Positions 44,771 to 54,757 of a DNA stretch of 64,000 nucleotides are shown here, piece after piece; position 1 is the first letter of the stretch, and every line of letters begins with the position of its first letter. The DNA is taken from positions 9,688 to 73,687 of the forward strand of contig JADZAY010000008.1 of the NCBI GenBank assembly GCA_020852375.1, given 5' to 3'. A program made the position numbers and the translations under genes. The stretch comes from Candidatus Yanofskybacteria bacterium. GTDB lineage: Bacteria > Patescibacteriota > Minisyncoccia > 2-02-FULL-40-12 > GWA2-44-9. The notes under the pieces were generated by a model. That model was not told where the DNA came from. It worked only from the letters and a program-made list of their open reading frames with translations, and made no database searches.

Positions 44771-47700
44771 ATGGCGGAATTCAAGGAGCTCGAAGAGCGA
44801 ATACAAAAGTTCTGGGAAGACAACGACGTCTTCCGAAAAAGCATGCGCCAGCGCGAGGGCGCTGAGCCATTCGTGTTCTACGAGGGTCCGCCGACCGCGA
44901 ACGGGAATCCGGGGATCCACCATGTGATCGCGCGCATCTTCAAAGATATCTTCAACCGCTACCAGACCATGCGGGGGCGCTATGTGCTCCGCAAGGGGGG
45001 ATGGGATACCCATGGTCTTCCGGTCGAGATCCAAGTCGAGAAAGAGCTCGGGTTCAAGAGCAAGAAGGACATCGAGGCGTTCGGTATCGCTCCGTACAAC
45101 GCCAAATGCCGCGAGTCGGTGTGGAAGTTTAAGAGCGAGTGGGACCGTTTCACACGCCGCATCGGCTACTGGGTGGATCTGCAGAACCCGTACATTACCT
45201 ACGAGAATCCCTACATCGAATCGCTCTGGAACATCATCGGACGGTTCTGGGAGCGAAAGCTTCTGTATCAGGCGCATCGGGTTGTGCCGTACTGCACGCG
45301 GTGCGGGACGCCGCTTTCGAGTCACGAGGTTGCGCAGGGATATAAAACGGTCACCGACACGTCGGTCTATCTGAAGTTCAAGATCAAAAGCACGAAGGTG
45401 AAGATCAACGGCGTCTCCGTGCCGAAGGGAACGTACCTGCTCGCATGGACGACGACCCCGTGGACGCTTCCTGGGAATGTTGCGCTAGCGGTCGGTTCGA
45501 CCGTTCGCTATGCGCTTGCCCGGCGGAACGATGAGCACTTTATCCTCGCCGCCGATCTTGCCAATAGCGTCTTGGGCGCGCCGCTCGAGATCCTTGGCGA
45601 GTTTGATGGCGCGAGCTTGGTCGGCACGACCTACGAGCCGCTCTTTCCGGTGCGTGCGCTCAAGAAGCCGGCATCCTATAAAGTGTACGAGGCGGACTTC
45701 GTCACGACGACGGACGGCACAGGGATCGTGCACACCGCTGTTATGTACGGAGAGGACGACTATCGGCTCGGTGTCGCCGTTGGGTTGCCGCGCGTCCATA
45801 CGGTGGATGAGCGCGGAAAGTTCGTGGGAGTTTCCGATGATCTTGATGGGCGGTATGTGAAATCCGCCGAGACAGAGGCGCTGATTCTCGACCAGCTTAC
45901 CGCACGCGGTCTCCTGCTTGCGAAGGTGCCCTACGAGCATGAGTACCCGTTCTGTTGGCGATGCGATACGCCGCTGTTGTATTACGCAAAGGATAGCTGG
46001 TTCGTTCGCATGAGCTCGCTGAATGCGGAACTCCTCGCGAACAACAGCACGATCAACTGGGTCCCGAGCCACCTGAAAGAGGGGCGATTCGGGCAATGGC
46101 TCCGCGAGAGCAAGGACTGGAACTTTTCGCGTGAACGATATTGGGGCACGCCGCTCCCGATCTGGGCCGCCCGTGACCGGCGGGGGCAGATCGTCGGTCA
46201 GCCGCTGGTCGTTTCGTCGTTGGAGGATCTCACCGAATACCGCGCAGACGCGCCGGCGACGATCTGGGCCGTTCGCCATGGAGAGTCGCTCAAGAACGTT
46301 GAGGGTATCATCGATCAGGGGGAAGGGGACTCTCCGCTGACCGATACAGGGCGAGAGCAAGTCATCGCGGCGGCGCGTGCATTCAAGCGTGAACTTGCCC
46401 GCAAGCGGGTGAAGCTGTCGGTTGTGGTGACATCGCCGATCCAGCGCACGATGCAGACCGCAGAGCTGTTTGCTCAGGAGCTTGGCATCAAGAAGGTAGT
46501 TTCGGATGACCGCCTGCGAGAGATCCGTCTCGGGCCGAGCCTGCAGGGGTGTCACGATGCGGCATACCACGAACGGTATCCGACCTATGAGCGGAAGTTC
46601 ACCGAGCAGCCCCCCGGAGGGGAGTCGTTGGCCGACCTGCGCGCGCGCATGTGGGGCGTCTTGAAAGATTTCAATGATTCCTACGCGGGGAGGCATGTGC
46701 TGGTGGTAAGTCACGAGTATCCGATCTGGATGCTGGTGGATGCCGCGAATGGCTGGACGACCGCCGAATCCATCACTGAGAAAGAGCGGCGCGGTTCCGA
46801 TTTTGTCCCGTACGCAACTCCCGAGAAGGTCGTCGCGAAGAACCTCCCAAGAAATGCGCGTGGCGAAGTCGATCTGCACCGGCCCTATATCGACGACATT
46901 GTCCTCAAGCGGGGAGGGAAGGTGCTGCGGCGCGTCCCGGAGATTTGTGACGTGTGGTTCGATTCCGGGGCTATGCCGTATGCGCAATGGCATTGGCCGT
47001 TCGAGAACGAGTCAGTGTTCGAGCGGCAGTTCCCGGCGGATTTCATTTCGGAAGCCGTCGACCAGACGCGTGGGTGGTTCTATACGCTCCTGGCGGTATC
47101 CACTGCACTCGGCATGAAGGCGCCGTTCAAGAACGTCGTATCGTTAGGGCATGTCCTCGACGAGAAAGGGCAGAAGATGTCCAAGTCGCGCGGCAATGTG
47201 ATCTTCCCGAACGATGTGTTCGATGCGGTCGGCGTCGACGCGACTCGCTGGTATTTCTACACTGTGAACGCTCCCGGGGACACCAAGAACTTTAGCGTGC
47301 GCGAAGTGCGGGAGCGGTTGACCGGATTCCTGGGAACGCTGGGGAACTGCCTGCGGTTCTACGAGTTGTACCGAACGGAGCACGAGAACGACTCCGAGAA
47401 CGAGGGGCATCTGCTCGACGAATGGGTCCTCTCGCGGCTCAATGAGGTGACGGTGTTGGTAACGGATCGCCTCGATCACTACGACACCACGGCTGCCGCG
47501 CGGGAGCTCGAGCGATTTGTTGTCGATGATTTCAGCCAGTGGTGGCTTCGACGGAGCAGGAAACGTAACGGCGCGCTTCCGGTGTTGCGCCGCGTGCTGC
47601 GTTCGCTGGCACTCTTGCTGGCGCCGTTCATCCCGTTCACCGCAGAGGATCTCTGGCAGAAACTGAAGCGTTCGGGAGATCCGGAATCCGTTCACCTCGC

Positions 47701-48232
47701 CGATTGGGAGGCGGGCAATGCGCGTCTTGTGAACGACGAGCTTCACCAGCACATGAAGCAGGTGCGGGAGCACATCAGTGCGGGGCTGGCGATACGAAAG
47801 GAGCAGCAGATCCGAGTGCGCCAGCCGCTTCGGTCGGTGACCGTTCCGGGCAATGCGTTGCCTGCGGATCTCGAGATGCTCATCAAAGACGAGCTGAACG
47901 TGAAAGAGGTCGCTTATGCGCCGGGAGTTCCGGTATCGCTCGACACGACCATTGGCGCGGAGTTGCGGGCCGAAGGGTTCGCGCGGGAGGTGATGCGCGC
48001 GGTCCAGGATATGCGTAAGGAGGCCGGGTGCCGCGTAAGCGACCGGGTACAGTGTTTCTGGTCTAGCGAGGACGCGGAAGTGTCCCGTGCGCTGCTTTCC
48101 TACACACAGATGATCGCGGACGAGACCGGGCTTTCGGTATTCACGAACCAGCGTGATGCAGGCGTCTTCGCTCTGGAGAAGACGACCGACCTCATTCCCG
48201 GGAAGACGATCTGGATCGCACTTCGCACCTAA
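44771..48232 (+). CDS. ileS: Isoleucine-tRNA ligase (type 2) with inserted histidine-phosphatase domain
   Basis: EGPPTANG.PGIHH, GWDTHGLP, WTTTPWTL, SRERYWGTP, DQTRGWFY and KMSKS motifs; internal RHG domain. Confidence 0.95.
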   Translation: MAEFKELEERIQKFWEDNDVFRKSMRQREGAEPFVFYEGPPTANGNPGIHHVIARIFKDIFNRYQTMRGRYVLRKGGWDTHGLPVEIQVEKELGFKSKKDIEAFGIAPYNAKCRESVWKFKSEWDRFTRRIGYWVDLQNPYITYENPYIESLWNIIGRFWERKLLYQAHRVVPYCTRCGTPLSSHEVAQGYKTVTDTSVYLKFKIKSTKVKINGVSVPKGTYLLAWTTTPWTLPGNVALAVGSTVRYALARRNDEHFILAADLANSVLGAPLEILGEFDGASLVGTTYEPLFPVRALKKPASYKVYEADFVTTTDGTGIVHTAVMYGEDDYRLGVAVGLPRVHTVDERGKFVGVSDDLDGRYVKSAETEALILDQLTARGLLLAKVPYEHEYPFCWRCDTPLLYYAKDSWFVRMSSLNAELLANNSTINWVPSHLKEGRFGQWLRESKDWNFSRERYWGTPLPIWAARDRRGQIVGQPLVVSSLEDLTEYRADAPATIWAVRHGESLKNVEGIIDQGEGDSPLTDTGREQVIAAARAFKRELARKRVKLSVVVTSPIQRTMQTAELFAQELGIKKVVSDDRLREIRLGPSLQGCHDAAYHERYPTYERKFTEQPPGGESLADLRARMWGVLKDFNDSYAGRHVLVVSHEYPIWMLVDAANGWTTAESITEKERRGSDFVPYATPEKVVAKNLPRNARGEVDLHRPYIDDIVLKRGGKVLRRVPEICDVWFDSGAMPYAQWHWPFENESVFERQFPADFISEAVDQTRGWFYTLLAVSTALGMKAPFKNVVSLGHVLDEKGQKMSKSRGNVIFPNDVFDAVGVDATRWYFYTVNAPGDTKNFSVREVRERLTGFLGTLGNCLRFYELYRTEHENDSENEGHLLDEWVLSRLNEVTVLVTDRLDHYDTTAAARELERFVVDDFSQWWLRRSRKRNGALPVLRRVLRSLALLLAPFIPFTAEDLWQKLKRSGDPESVHLADWEAGNARLVNDELHQHMKQVREHISAGLAIRKEQQIRVRQPLRSVTVPGNALPADLEMLIKDELNVKEVAYAPGVPVSLDTTIGAELRAEGFAREVMRAVQDMRKEAGCRVSDRVQCFWSSEDAEVSRALLSYTQMIADETGLSVFTNQRDAGVFALEKTTDLIPGKTIWIALRT

Positions 48233-48256
48233 AAACGACCTCCGCATCAGCGGAGG

Positions 48257-48766
48257 TCAGGCTTCTGGGGGCTTGTGGGTGTGAAAGTAATCATCCCAAC
48301 TGATGTTGTCTAGGTCGCCAGTGAGAGGCTTTTGTTCGCTGGGCGGGAGATCGAACGGACTCAGACTTTGGAAGAACTCCTCGTCGATGTAGAGAGGGGC
48401 TTTTGCGAGGCGGGTAATCGAGAATGCGTCGGATGCTCTGCAGCGAATGCGCCACAAGCGCTCGCCGGAACGTAGATGGAGTGACGCTAGGAGAATGGAG
48501 TCATCATCCCGCCCTTCGAATCGGGCGCAGACGATCTCGATTTCGAGCTTGTGGAGAACCGATACCATCAATTGTTGAGGGGACGGAGGCGTGGTGGTTC
48601 TTCCTCGTGCTGCCTGGAGAATGGGTTCGATATCGTCTTCGTCGATGGCGAGAGCGATGACTTTTGTCGTACCATGCCGCCGCATGCAGAACGCAAAGTG
48701 GTCGTTATCGTCATCCTGCGGGGATTCGACCTGTACAATGCGTCCGAACACGAGTTCGATGTCCAT
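48257..48766 (-). CDS. Bifunctional nuclease (DUF151)-like protein
   Basis: PPSPQQLM...RIRCRASDAFSITRLAKAPLYI; GGAGG SD. Confidence 0.7.
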   Translation of the reverse strand: MDIELVFGRIVQVESPQDDDNDHFAFCMRRHGTTKVIALAIDEDDIEPILQAARGRTTTPPSPQQLMVSVLHKLEIEIVCARFEGRDDDSILLASLHLRSGERLWRIRCRASDAFSITRLAKAPLYIDEEFFQSLSPFDLPPSEQKPLTGDLDNISWDDYFHTHKPPEA

Positions 48767-48849
48767 GCGCACCTCCGAATGGGTTTTACACGATTTTCCG
48801 GTTGTTGCCCAGGGGTTGCCTTGGGTCGTGGGTTCGCTACCATTGGTGC

Positions 48850-49539
48850 ATGGCAAAACTCATTACCTTTCTCGTACTTGTTGCGGCAGCTATCGGCGGC
48901 GCGCTGTATATAACATCAAAAGACGATCGTGGCCCGATCGGGGCGCCGGTGCTTTCGGAAACTCCTGCGGAAGCGACGGAGACGCCCGCGGCGTTCGCCG
49001 ACGGCATCTATCGTCTCGACGCGGCGGCATCGCGCATGGAGTGGTCGGGGACCAAGACGCTGATCGTGAACTATGTTGATCGCGGCACCGTTTCCATCGC
49101 GAGCGGTTCCGCTGCTGTGGTTGATGGCGTGGTGGCAAGCGGCTCTGTGGTCGTTGACCTCGCGACGATTACCCCGACGGTTACCGGTCGGGGGAGCGGG
49201 GAGAGCACACTGCAGAAGCATCTGAAGTCCGCTGATTTCTTCGACATCGCAAAATACCCGACCGCCACGTTCGTATTCGAGAAACTGGTACCCGCTTCAC
49301 TGTCCGGCCAATTTACTGTTTCCGGTTCGCTGACCATTAAGGGTGTTACGAAGCCGATCGAATTTCCGGCGGTGCTTACTGGAGAGGAGGACCGGCTGAC
49401 CATGGAGGCGACGGCCACGCTTGACCGCACGCAATGGGGCCTGACCTATGCGTCGGGGAACTTTTTCAAGAACCTTGGCGATAAGGTGATCGGCGACATG
49501 TTCACTGTGCACTTTGTGGCGGTCGGTACTCGCCAGTAG
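48850..49539 (+). CDS. YceI family protein
   Basis: HLKSADFFDIAKYPTATF, GSLTIKGVTKPI and LDRTQWG motifs. Confidence 0.9.
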   Translation: MAKLITFLVLVAAAIGGALYITSKDDRGPIGAPVLSETPAEATETPAAFADGIYRLDAAASRMEWSGTKTLIVNYVDRGTVSIASGSAAVVDGVVASGSVVVDLATITPTVTGRGSGESTLQKHLKSADFFDIAKYPTATFVFEKLVPASLSGQFTVSGSLTIKGVTKPIEFPAVLTGEEDRLTMEATATLDRTQWGLTYASGNFFKNLGDKVIGDMFTVHFVAVGTRQ

Positions 49540-49556
49540 GGGTGTATACTTGCGGC

Positions 49557-49865
49557 ATGAATGCCAACGCAGCACAAGCGGTCGCGGGCCACGCGGCAGG
49601 GAAGTCAGTGGTGCTCGATGTTCGTCGGGACGATGAGTGGGCGGCGGGGCATGCTGAGGGCGCGCTCCACTGGGAGCTTGCTCGCCTTGAGGGGGGAGAG
49701 ATGCCGGATGTTCCAAAGGACGCCACAGTGTATACCTATTGCGCAGCGGGTGGCCGCGCCGGGAAGGCGGCAGAGATCCTTGCCGCGCACGGCTGGGAGC
49801 GCGTCGCGAGCATCGGTGGGCTGAAGGACTGGGAGGAGGCTGGTGGCGCGGTCGAGCATTTGTAG
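49557..49865 (+). CDS. Rhodanese-like protein
   Basis: LDVRRDDEWAAGH, YCAAGGRA and GGLKDW motifs. Confidence 0.9.
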   Translation: MNANAAQAVAGHAAGKSVVLDVRRDDEWAAGHAEGALHWELARLEGGEMPDVPKDATVYTYCAAGGRAGKAAEILAAHGWERVASIGGLKDWEEAGGAVEHL

Positions 49866-49875
49866 CTGTATACGC

Positions 49876-50349
49876 ATGGGAGCAGTGTCCATGAAAATTA
49901 TTGGCGTGGCATTGGTTCTGCTTGGGGCGGTCCTTTTCGGCGCGCGGTGGCTTCGGCCGGTGCTGCAGAGCGGGAGCGTCGCCACGGAGTCGCCGATGGC
50001 AACTCCGATCGCTACACCGCTTGCGGACGACGTGGTCGTCATCGATGAGCCGCTGCCGCTTGCCAGTATCAGCTCGCCGCTTCGGGTCGCGGGAAAGGCG
50101 CGAGGGACTTGGTTTTTCGAGGGGAGCTTTCCGGTCATTCTGACGGACTGGGATGGTCGCATTATCGCAACTGTTCCGGCGCAAGCGCAGAGCGAATGGA
50201 TGACGACTGATTGGGTGCCATTTGAGGCAATCCTCACCTTCGAGAAGCCGTCGTACGGCGCACGCGGCTCGCTCATATTGAAGAAGGATAATCCATCGGG
50301 ACTACCCGAGCACGATGATGCTCGAGAGATGACGATCTTTTTCCGCTAA
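49876..50349 (+). CDS. Gmad2 Ig-like domain membrane protein
   Basis: ISSPLRVAGKARGTWFFEGSFP...WMTTDWVPF...KDNPSG. Confidence 0.8.
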   Translation: MGAVSMKIIGVALVLLGAVLFGARWLRPVLQSGSVATESPMATPIATPLADDVVVIDEPLPLASISSPLRVAGKARGTWFFEGSFPVILTDWDGRIIATVPAQAQSEWMTTDWVPFEAILTFEKPSYGARGSLILKKDNPSGLPEHDDAREMTIFFR

Positions 50350-50355
50350 CCGGAT

Positions 50356-50931
50356 ATGCATGTACGCGCGATCGTGATACGGAAGATCCCTGTTCGCGAA
50401 CACGACCAATTGGTCGTGTTGTATACGAAGGAGGCGGGGCGGCTTGCCGCAACGGCGAAGGGATCGCTTCGTGCAAGCAGTGCGCAGGCGCTTGCGCTCG
50501 ACGAGGGGAATATGATCGAGTGCGAGTTGGTGCAGGGGCGCAATGGTCTCCTCATCACTGGCGCCCAGGTGTCGCGAGCGTTTTCGGGTGCCAAATCATC
50601 GGTTGCCCGGTGGGCTGCGGCGCAATTCTTCCTACAGGTCATTCAGTTGTCGGTGTATGACGAGCAGCCTGATATCCAGCTCTGGCGGCACCTTGTCGAT
50701 GTCCTTGAGCAGGTTGATGGTGCTTCAGCCGACGCGCTTCTCTCGGTGTTCCGGTCTTGTCAGGGGCGCATGCTCGAGGTCCTTGGGTACGGGGCTTCGG
50801 GGGCGGCACAGCTCGTGTCGCATATCGGGAGGACACCGCTCGATGATCGGTTCGAAGAGATCGCGCAGCGCCGCATGGCCTCACTCGATCTGCTCTATGA
50901 CGCGCTTCGTCTCGCCGGGGTTTCATGCTAG
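50356..50931 (+). CDS. recO: DNA repair protein RecO
   Basis: N-terminal OB fold EHDQLVVLYTKEAGRLAATAKG, followed by a helical domain. Confidence 0.8.
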   Translation: MHVRAIVIRKIPVREHDQLVVLYTKEAGRLAATAKGSLRASSAQALALDEGNMIECELVQGRNGLLITGAQVSRAFSGAKSSVARWAAAQFFLQVIQLSVYDEQPDIQLWRHLVDVLEQVDGASADALLSVFRSCQGRMLEVLGYGASGAAQLVSHIGRTPLDDRFEEIAQRRMASLDLLYDALRLAGVSC

Positions 50932-50941
50932 CATACAAGGC

Positions 50942-52765
50942 ATGCCAGCAGACTTTGAGATCTCGCCGCTCATTACGCCGGTGACGCCAACGCCATCGGC
51001 CCGTCCCCAAATGCCTTCGTCGGGCGGGGGAGCCGTGCCTCCTATGCGCAGACGTTCGAACCAACTCTTGAAGTGGTTGATCCTTGCGGCCGCAGGGCTT
51101 TTCGTGCTGACGGTTGGGTCTCTCTGGTGGGGCGGGAGCTCATTTTCCGATAAGGGAGTTTCGATAGCGCTGCAGGCGCCCGATCACGCAACGTCGGGGG
51201 ACGAGATCACCTATACCATCACCTATCGGAACGACACGAAGGTCCCGCTCACCGATATCCGGTTCCGCCTTTTTTATCCCGAAGGGACGATCGTCCTCAA
51301 AGACGGTGCACCAACGACACCTGAAAGTGAGGGGTTCACCGTTGACCAGCTTGATCCGGGTCGGTCAGGATCCCAGGAGGTGAAGGCTATTCTGGTCGGA
51401 GACAAGGGCGCTATGCAGACGGCTCGCCTGAAGACCATTTTCCGAGCCGGTACGCTCCGTTCGAATTTCGAAAAAGAATCAACGGCGACAACGACGATCA
51501 CGGCGCTACCGGTCACGCTGACGCTCGCTGCGCCCCCCACGACCGTCGCGGGGCAGGCGGTGCAGTATGTGCTCGATATTAGGAACGATTCGGGCGCGGA
51601 TCTTTCCGATCTCAAAGTGACGCTTGCCTATCCGGATGGATTCGTCGTCCAGAAGATGGATCCGAACCCCTCATCCGGGAACACCGTATGGAATATCGAG
51701 TCGCTGAATGCGGGGGCGGGTAAACGTATTCGCGTGGACGGAGCGCTCTCCGGCTCGGAGGGTGAGGCGAAGATCGTATCGGCGGTCATCCAGCGGAATC
51801 TGAACGGCCAGTATGTCGACTATGTCCGGACGGAGGCGTTCACCATGATCTCGAGCCCGCTCCTCTCGGTTTCCATCACTCCCGCCGGCGGACGCGACTA
51901 CGTTGCGTTTCCGGGAGATGTCCTTCGCTACACCATCGCCTACGCAAACAACTCCCGCTTCACGCTCCTCGGGCTCATGCTCGGGGTCAAGCTGGAAGGG
52001 GATATGTACGACACCTCCCGTGTCGATGTGTCTCCGGGGTTCTTTGACGACGCGACCAAGACAGCGGTATTCGATGCCGCCAGCGTTCCTGATTTTTCCG
52101 CGCTCCCTCCCGGGAAGAGCGGGAAGGTGATGCTTTCCGTTCCATTGAAGGCGGGACTTTCGGGCGGCCAACTCGGCGGCGCGAAAAGCTTCTTCGTGAA
52201 GGCGACGGCACGCTTGGCGACTTCACAGGTTCCGACCGGGATCGATGGGAATGAAGTGTTCGCGATCGACAGCGTGGTGACCAAGATCGGTTCTCAGCCC
52301 ACGCTCACGCAGGCACTGGTGTATGACGGAGGAGCCGGATCGGGCCCCTTGCCGCCGGTTGCCGGTCAGGAGACCTCGGTCATGGTGCGGTGGCAGCTTG
52401 CGAATCCGGGGAATGATGTGCGTGATGCGAAGGTCATCGCGACACTTCCCGCAGGAGTGGTGTTCGCAGGTGCGCCAACCGCGGCGCAGGGGACTGCTCC
52501 GGTGTACGACCGAACTCGGAACACCGTGACGTGGAGTGTTGGAACGCTTCCGTTCGGCACGGGGAACGGCACGCCCCGCTATGAGGCGACGTTCAAGATC
52601 TCGTTCAAGCCATCTGAGAGCCAGCGAGGACAGAGCGTCCCGCTCATCAACGGCGCGACCCTGACGGGCACCGATGCGTTTACCGGCCAGCTGGTGCAGG
52701 CGACCCTGCGCAATCTCACGACCGACAACATCGAGGGCCATCCGAACGATGGCCGGGTGCAATAA
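50942..52765 (+). CDS. Membrane-anchored multi-Ig-like (DUF11-like) surface protein
   Basis: TM followed by repeated beta-sandwich motifs (SGDEITYTITYRN, GDVLRYTIAYAN). Confidence 0.75.
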   Translation: MPADFEISPLITPVTPTPSARPQMPSSGGGAVPPMRRRSNQLLKWLILAAAGLFVLTVGSLWWGGSSFSDKGVSIALQAPDHATSGDEITYTITYRNDTKVPLTDIRFRLFYPEGTIVLKDGAPTTPESEGFTVDQLDPGRSGSQEVKAILVGDKGAMQTARLKTIFRAGTLRSNFEKESTATTTITALPVTLTLAAPPTTVAGQAVQYVLDIRNDSGADLSDLKVTLAYPDGFVVQKMDPNPSSGNTVWNIESLNAGAGKRIRVDGALSGSEGEAKIVSAVIQRNLNGQYVDYVRTEAFTMISSPLLSVSITPAGGRDYVAFPGDVLRYTIAYANNSRFTLLGLMLGVKLEGDMYDTSRVDVSPGFFDDATKTAVFDAASVPDFSALPPGKSGKVMLSVPLKAGLSGGQLGGAKSFFVKATARLATSQVPTGIDGNEVFAIDSVVTKIGSQPTLTQALVYDGGAGSGPLPPVAGQETSVMVRWQLANPGNDVRDAKVIATLPAGVVFAGAPTAAQGTAPVYDRTRNTVTWSVGTLPFGTGNGTPRYEATFKISFKPSESQRGQSVPLINGATLTGTDAFTGQLVQATLRNLTTDNIEGHPNDGRVQ

Positions 52766-52802
52766 AGCCCCCGACGCGAGCGGGCGTCGGGGGTGGTGTG
52801 TA

Positions 52803-54635
52803 CTAACGGAGAACGCCAGCGATCTGGTTGTGGAGCAATCGCTGGTATACCGAGCAGCGCCTTGCAAGCTCTTCGTGTGTACCATAATCCACCAGATGCC
52901 CCTCATCCATGACGAGGATGCGGTCAGCGCCGCGGATCGTCGAGAACCGGTGGGCGACGATGAGGGTTGTTCGATTCTTCGAGACCTCATCGAGCGCCTT
53001 CCGGAACCTGTCCTCATTTTCGGCGTCGAGACTGCTCGTCGCTTCGTCGAGGATAAGGATTGCGGGGTTCTTGATGATCGCCCGGGCGATGCCAACGCGC
53101 TGACGCTGGCCACCTGACAGCTGGATGCCGCGCTCGCCGATAACGGTGTCGTACCCGTGCTCGAGTCGACCCTTGAACTCGTCGACACAGCACAGGCGTG
53201 CGATGCGGTCGAGCTCGTCATCCGTTACGCTCGCTCGCGCTGCACGGTCGAGGCCGAATGTGATGTTGTACCGCATGGTGTTATCGAACAGGGTGACATC
53301 TTGGTCGACGAGGCCGATGGAGCGGCGGAGTCGCTTGAGCGACAACTCTCGGATGTCGTAGCCGTCGATCTTAATGAGGCCATCGGTAACATCGAACGCG
53401 CGCAGGATGAGCTTTACGAGCGTCGATTTCCCGGCACCGGACGGACCCACAATGGCCACGCGTTCACCCGGGTTGATGGTGAACGACACGCTCCCGACAG
53501 ACTCGGCGTGCTCGCCGGGCGTCTCGCCGTTCTCCGGCTCGCCGTCCACGGGAAGCGCCTTGCGTGCCGGGTAGGAGAACGAAACGTCGATGAATTCGAT
53601 CTTTCCGCGGAGCGCGGCGGGCCATATCGGTCGCGGCACTTCTTTGACGTCGGGCTCCATGGCGAGCATGTCCCAGTAGCGCTCGATAGCGGCCCGCATG
53701 GTCATGATGCGACGCTGGATATTTCCGAAGTTCTCGACTCTGCCAATGGGGGAGAGTGACCACCAGACGAGGGTGATGAACTGTCCCGGCGTTGCGGCGC
53801 CAGACGCCACCGCGTATGCCGCTGTTGCCACAACAGCGGCGACGGTGCCGCCGATGATGACGCCGTTCTTTGCGGCGTTCTTCAGGAGGTAGGAGAGCCA
53901 GATTCGTTTTGCGAATACATGAACCTTCCCGATGCTTTCCTGTGTTTCGGCGACCATGCGCTTTTCCTGCGCGCTGAACTGCACGAGCGGGATGTTGCGC
54001 ATAACCTCTGCGTACAACCGGCTGTCGTCGTGCCACATGCGCTCGAGTTTCTTGAGCTGGGGCACGAACGGGCGATTGATCAAGTAGGTCGCAACAAGGT
54101 AGGCGATGATGCCGCTGATGACAACCGTCCCGACCCGCCAGTTTAGCCACAGGAGGCCGACGATGAGGATGCAGACCTCCAGCACGAGCGGCGCGACCTC
54201 GTAGATGAGGGTGTACGCCATGGTGCTGAGCGAGTGCTGGCCCTTGTTGACCACGGACTGCTTGAGCCCGGAGTTCTCTGCCATGTGCTGACCGGGAGAG
54301 AACTCCATGAGGCGTTCGAGCGTGCGTCGCGCGGTCAGTTGGCCGACCTCGAAGTCGAGTCGTGCGACCTCGATGTGCTGGCGCAGGCCCCAGAGGGCGT
54401 TCGATGCGAGCGATGTGCCCAGAAGGAGTCCGATGATCGGGAGTACGCTCACCATAGCTTCTCGGAGCGGGAGCGTATGGGCGTTGGCGGAGATGAGGCG
54501 GTCGCTGATCACTCCGAACAGGTAGGGGCGGACCATCGAGATGATCTGCCCGATGATGAGGAGGCCGAACACGACGGTCGCAGGGGCGCGGAATGTCCGG
54601 TAGACCTCGAGGGTCCGGCGAAGAAATCCCAGCAT
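52803..54635 (-). CDS. ABC exporter, fused permease/ATPase
   Basis: TM domain, GPSGAGKST, LSGGQRQR, ILDEATSSLD and AHR motifs. Confidence 0.93.
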   Translation of the reverse strand: MLGFLRRTLEVYRTFRAPATVVFGLLIIGQIISMVRPYLFGVISDRLISANAHTLPLREAMVSVLPIIGLLLGTSLASNALWGLRQHIEVARLDFEVGQLTARRTLERLMEFSPGQHMAENSGLKQSVVNKGQHSLSTMAYTLIYEVAPLVLEVCILIVGLLWLNWRVGTVVISGIIAYLVATYLINRPFVPQLKKLERMWHDDSRLYAEVMRNIPLVQFSAQEKRMVAETQESIGKVHVFAKRIWLSYLLKNAAKNGVIIGGTVAAVVATAAYAVASGAATPGQFITLVWWSLSPIGRVENFGNIQRRIMTMRAAIERYWDMLAMEPDVKEVPRPIWPAALRGKIEFIDVSFSYPARKALPVDGEPENGETPGEHAESVGSVSFTINPGERVAIVGPSGAGKSTLVKLILRAFDVTDGLIKIDGYDIRELSLKRLRRSIGLVDQDVTLFDNTMRYNITFGLDRAARASVTDDELDRIARLCCVDEFKGRLEHGYDTVIGERGIQLSGGQRQRVGIARAIIKNPAILILDEATSSLDAENEDRFRKALDEVSKNRTTLIVAHRFSTIRGADRILVMDEGHLVDYGTHEELARRCSVYQRLLHNQIAGVLR

Positions 54636-54757
54636 GGCTTCTCCTTCAGTTGGAAATGTTCTCTATCTTTCGGGGATGTACTATACATAAAAACACTGAA
54701 AAGTCAATCTTTTGGCGCCTGGATTCCCGAAGGTGAGTGGGGTATGATGACCAGACC

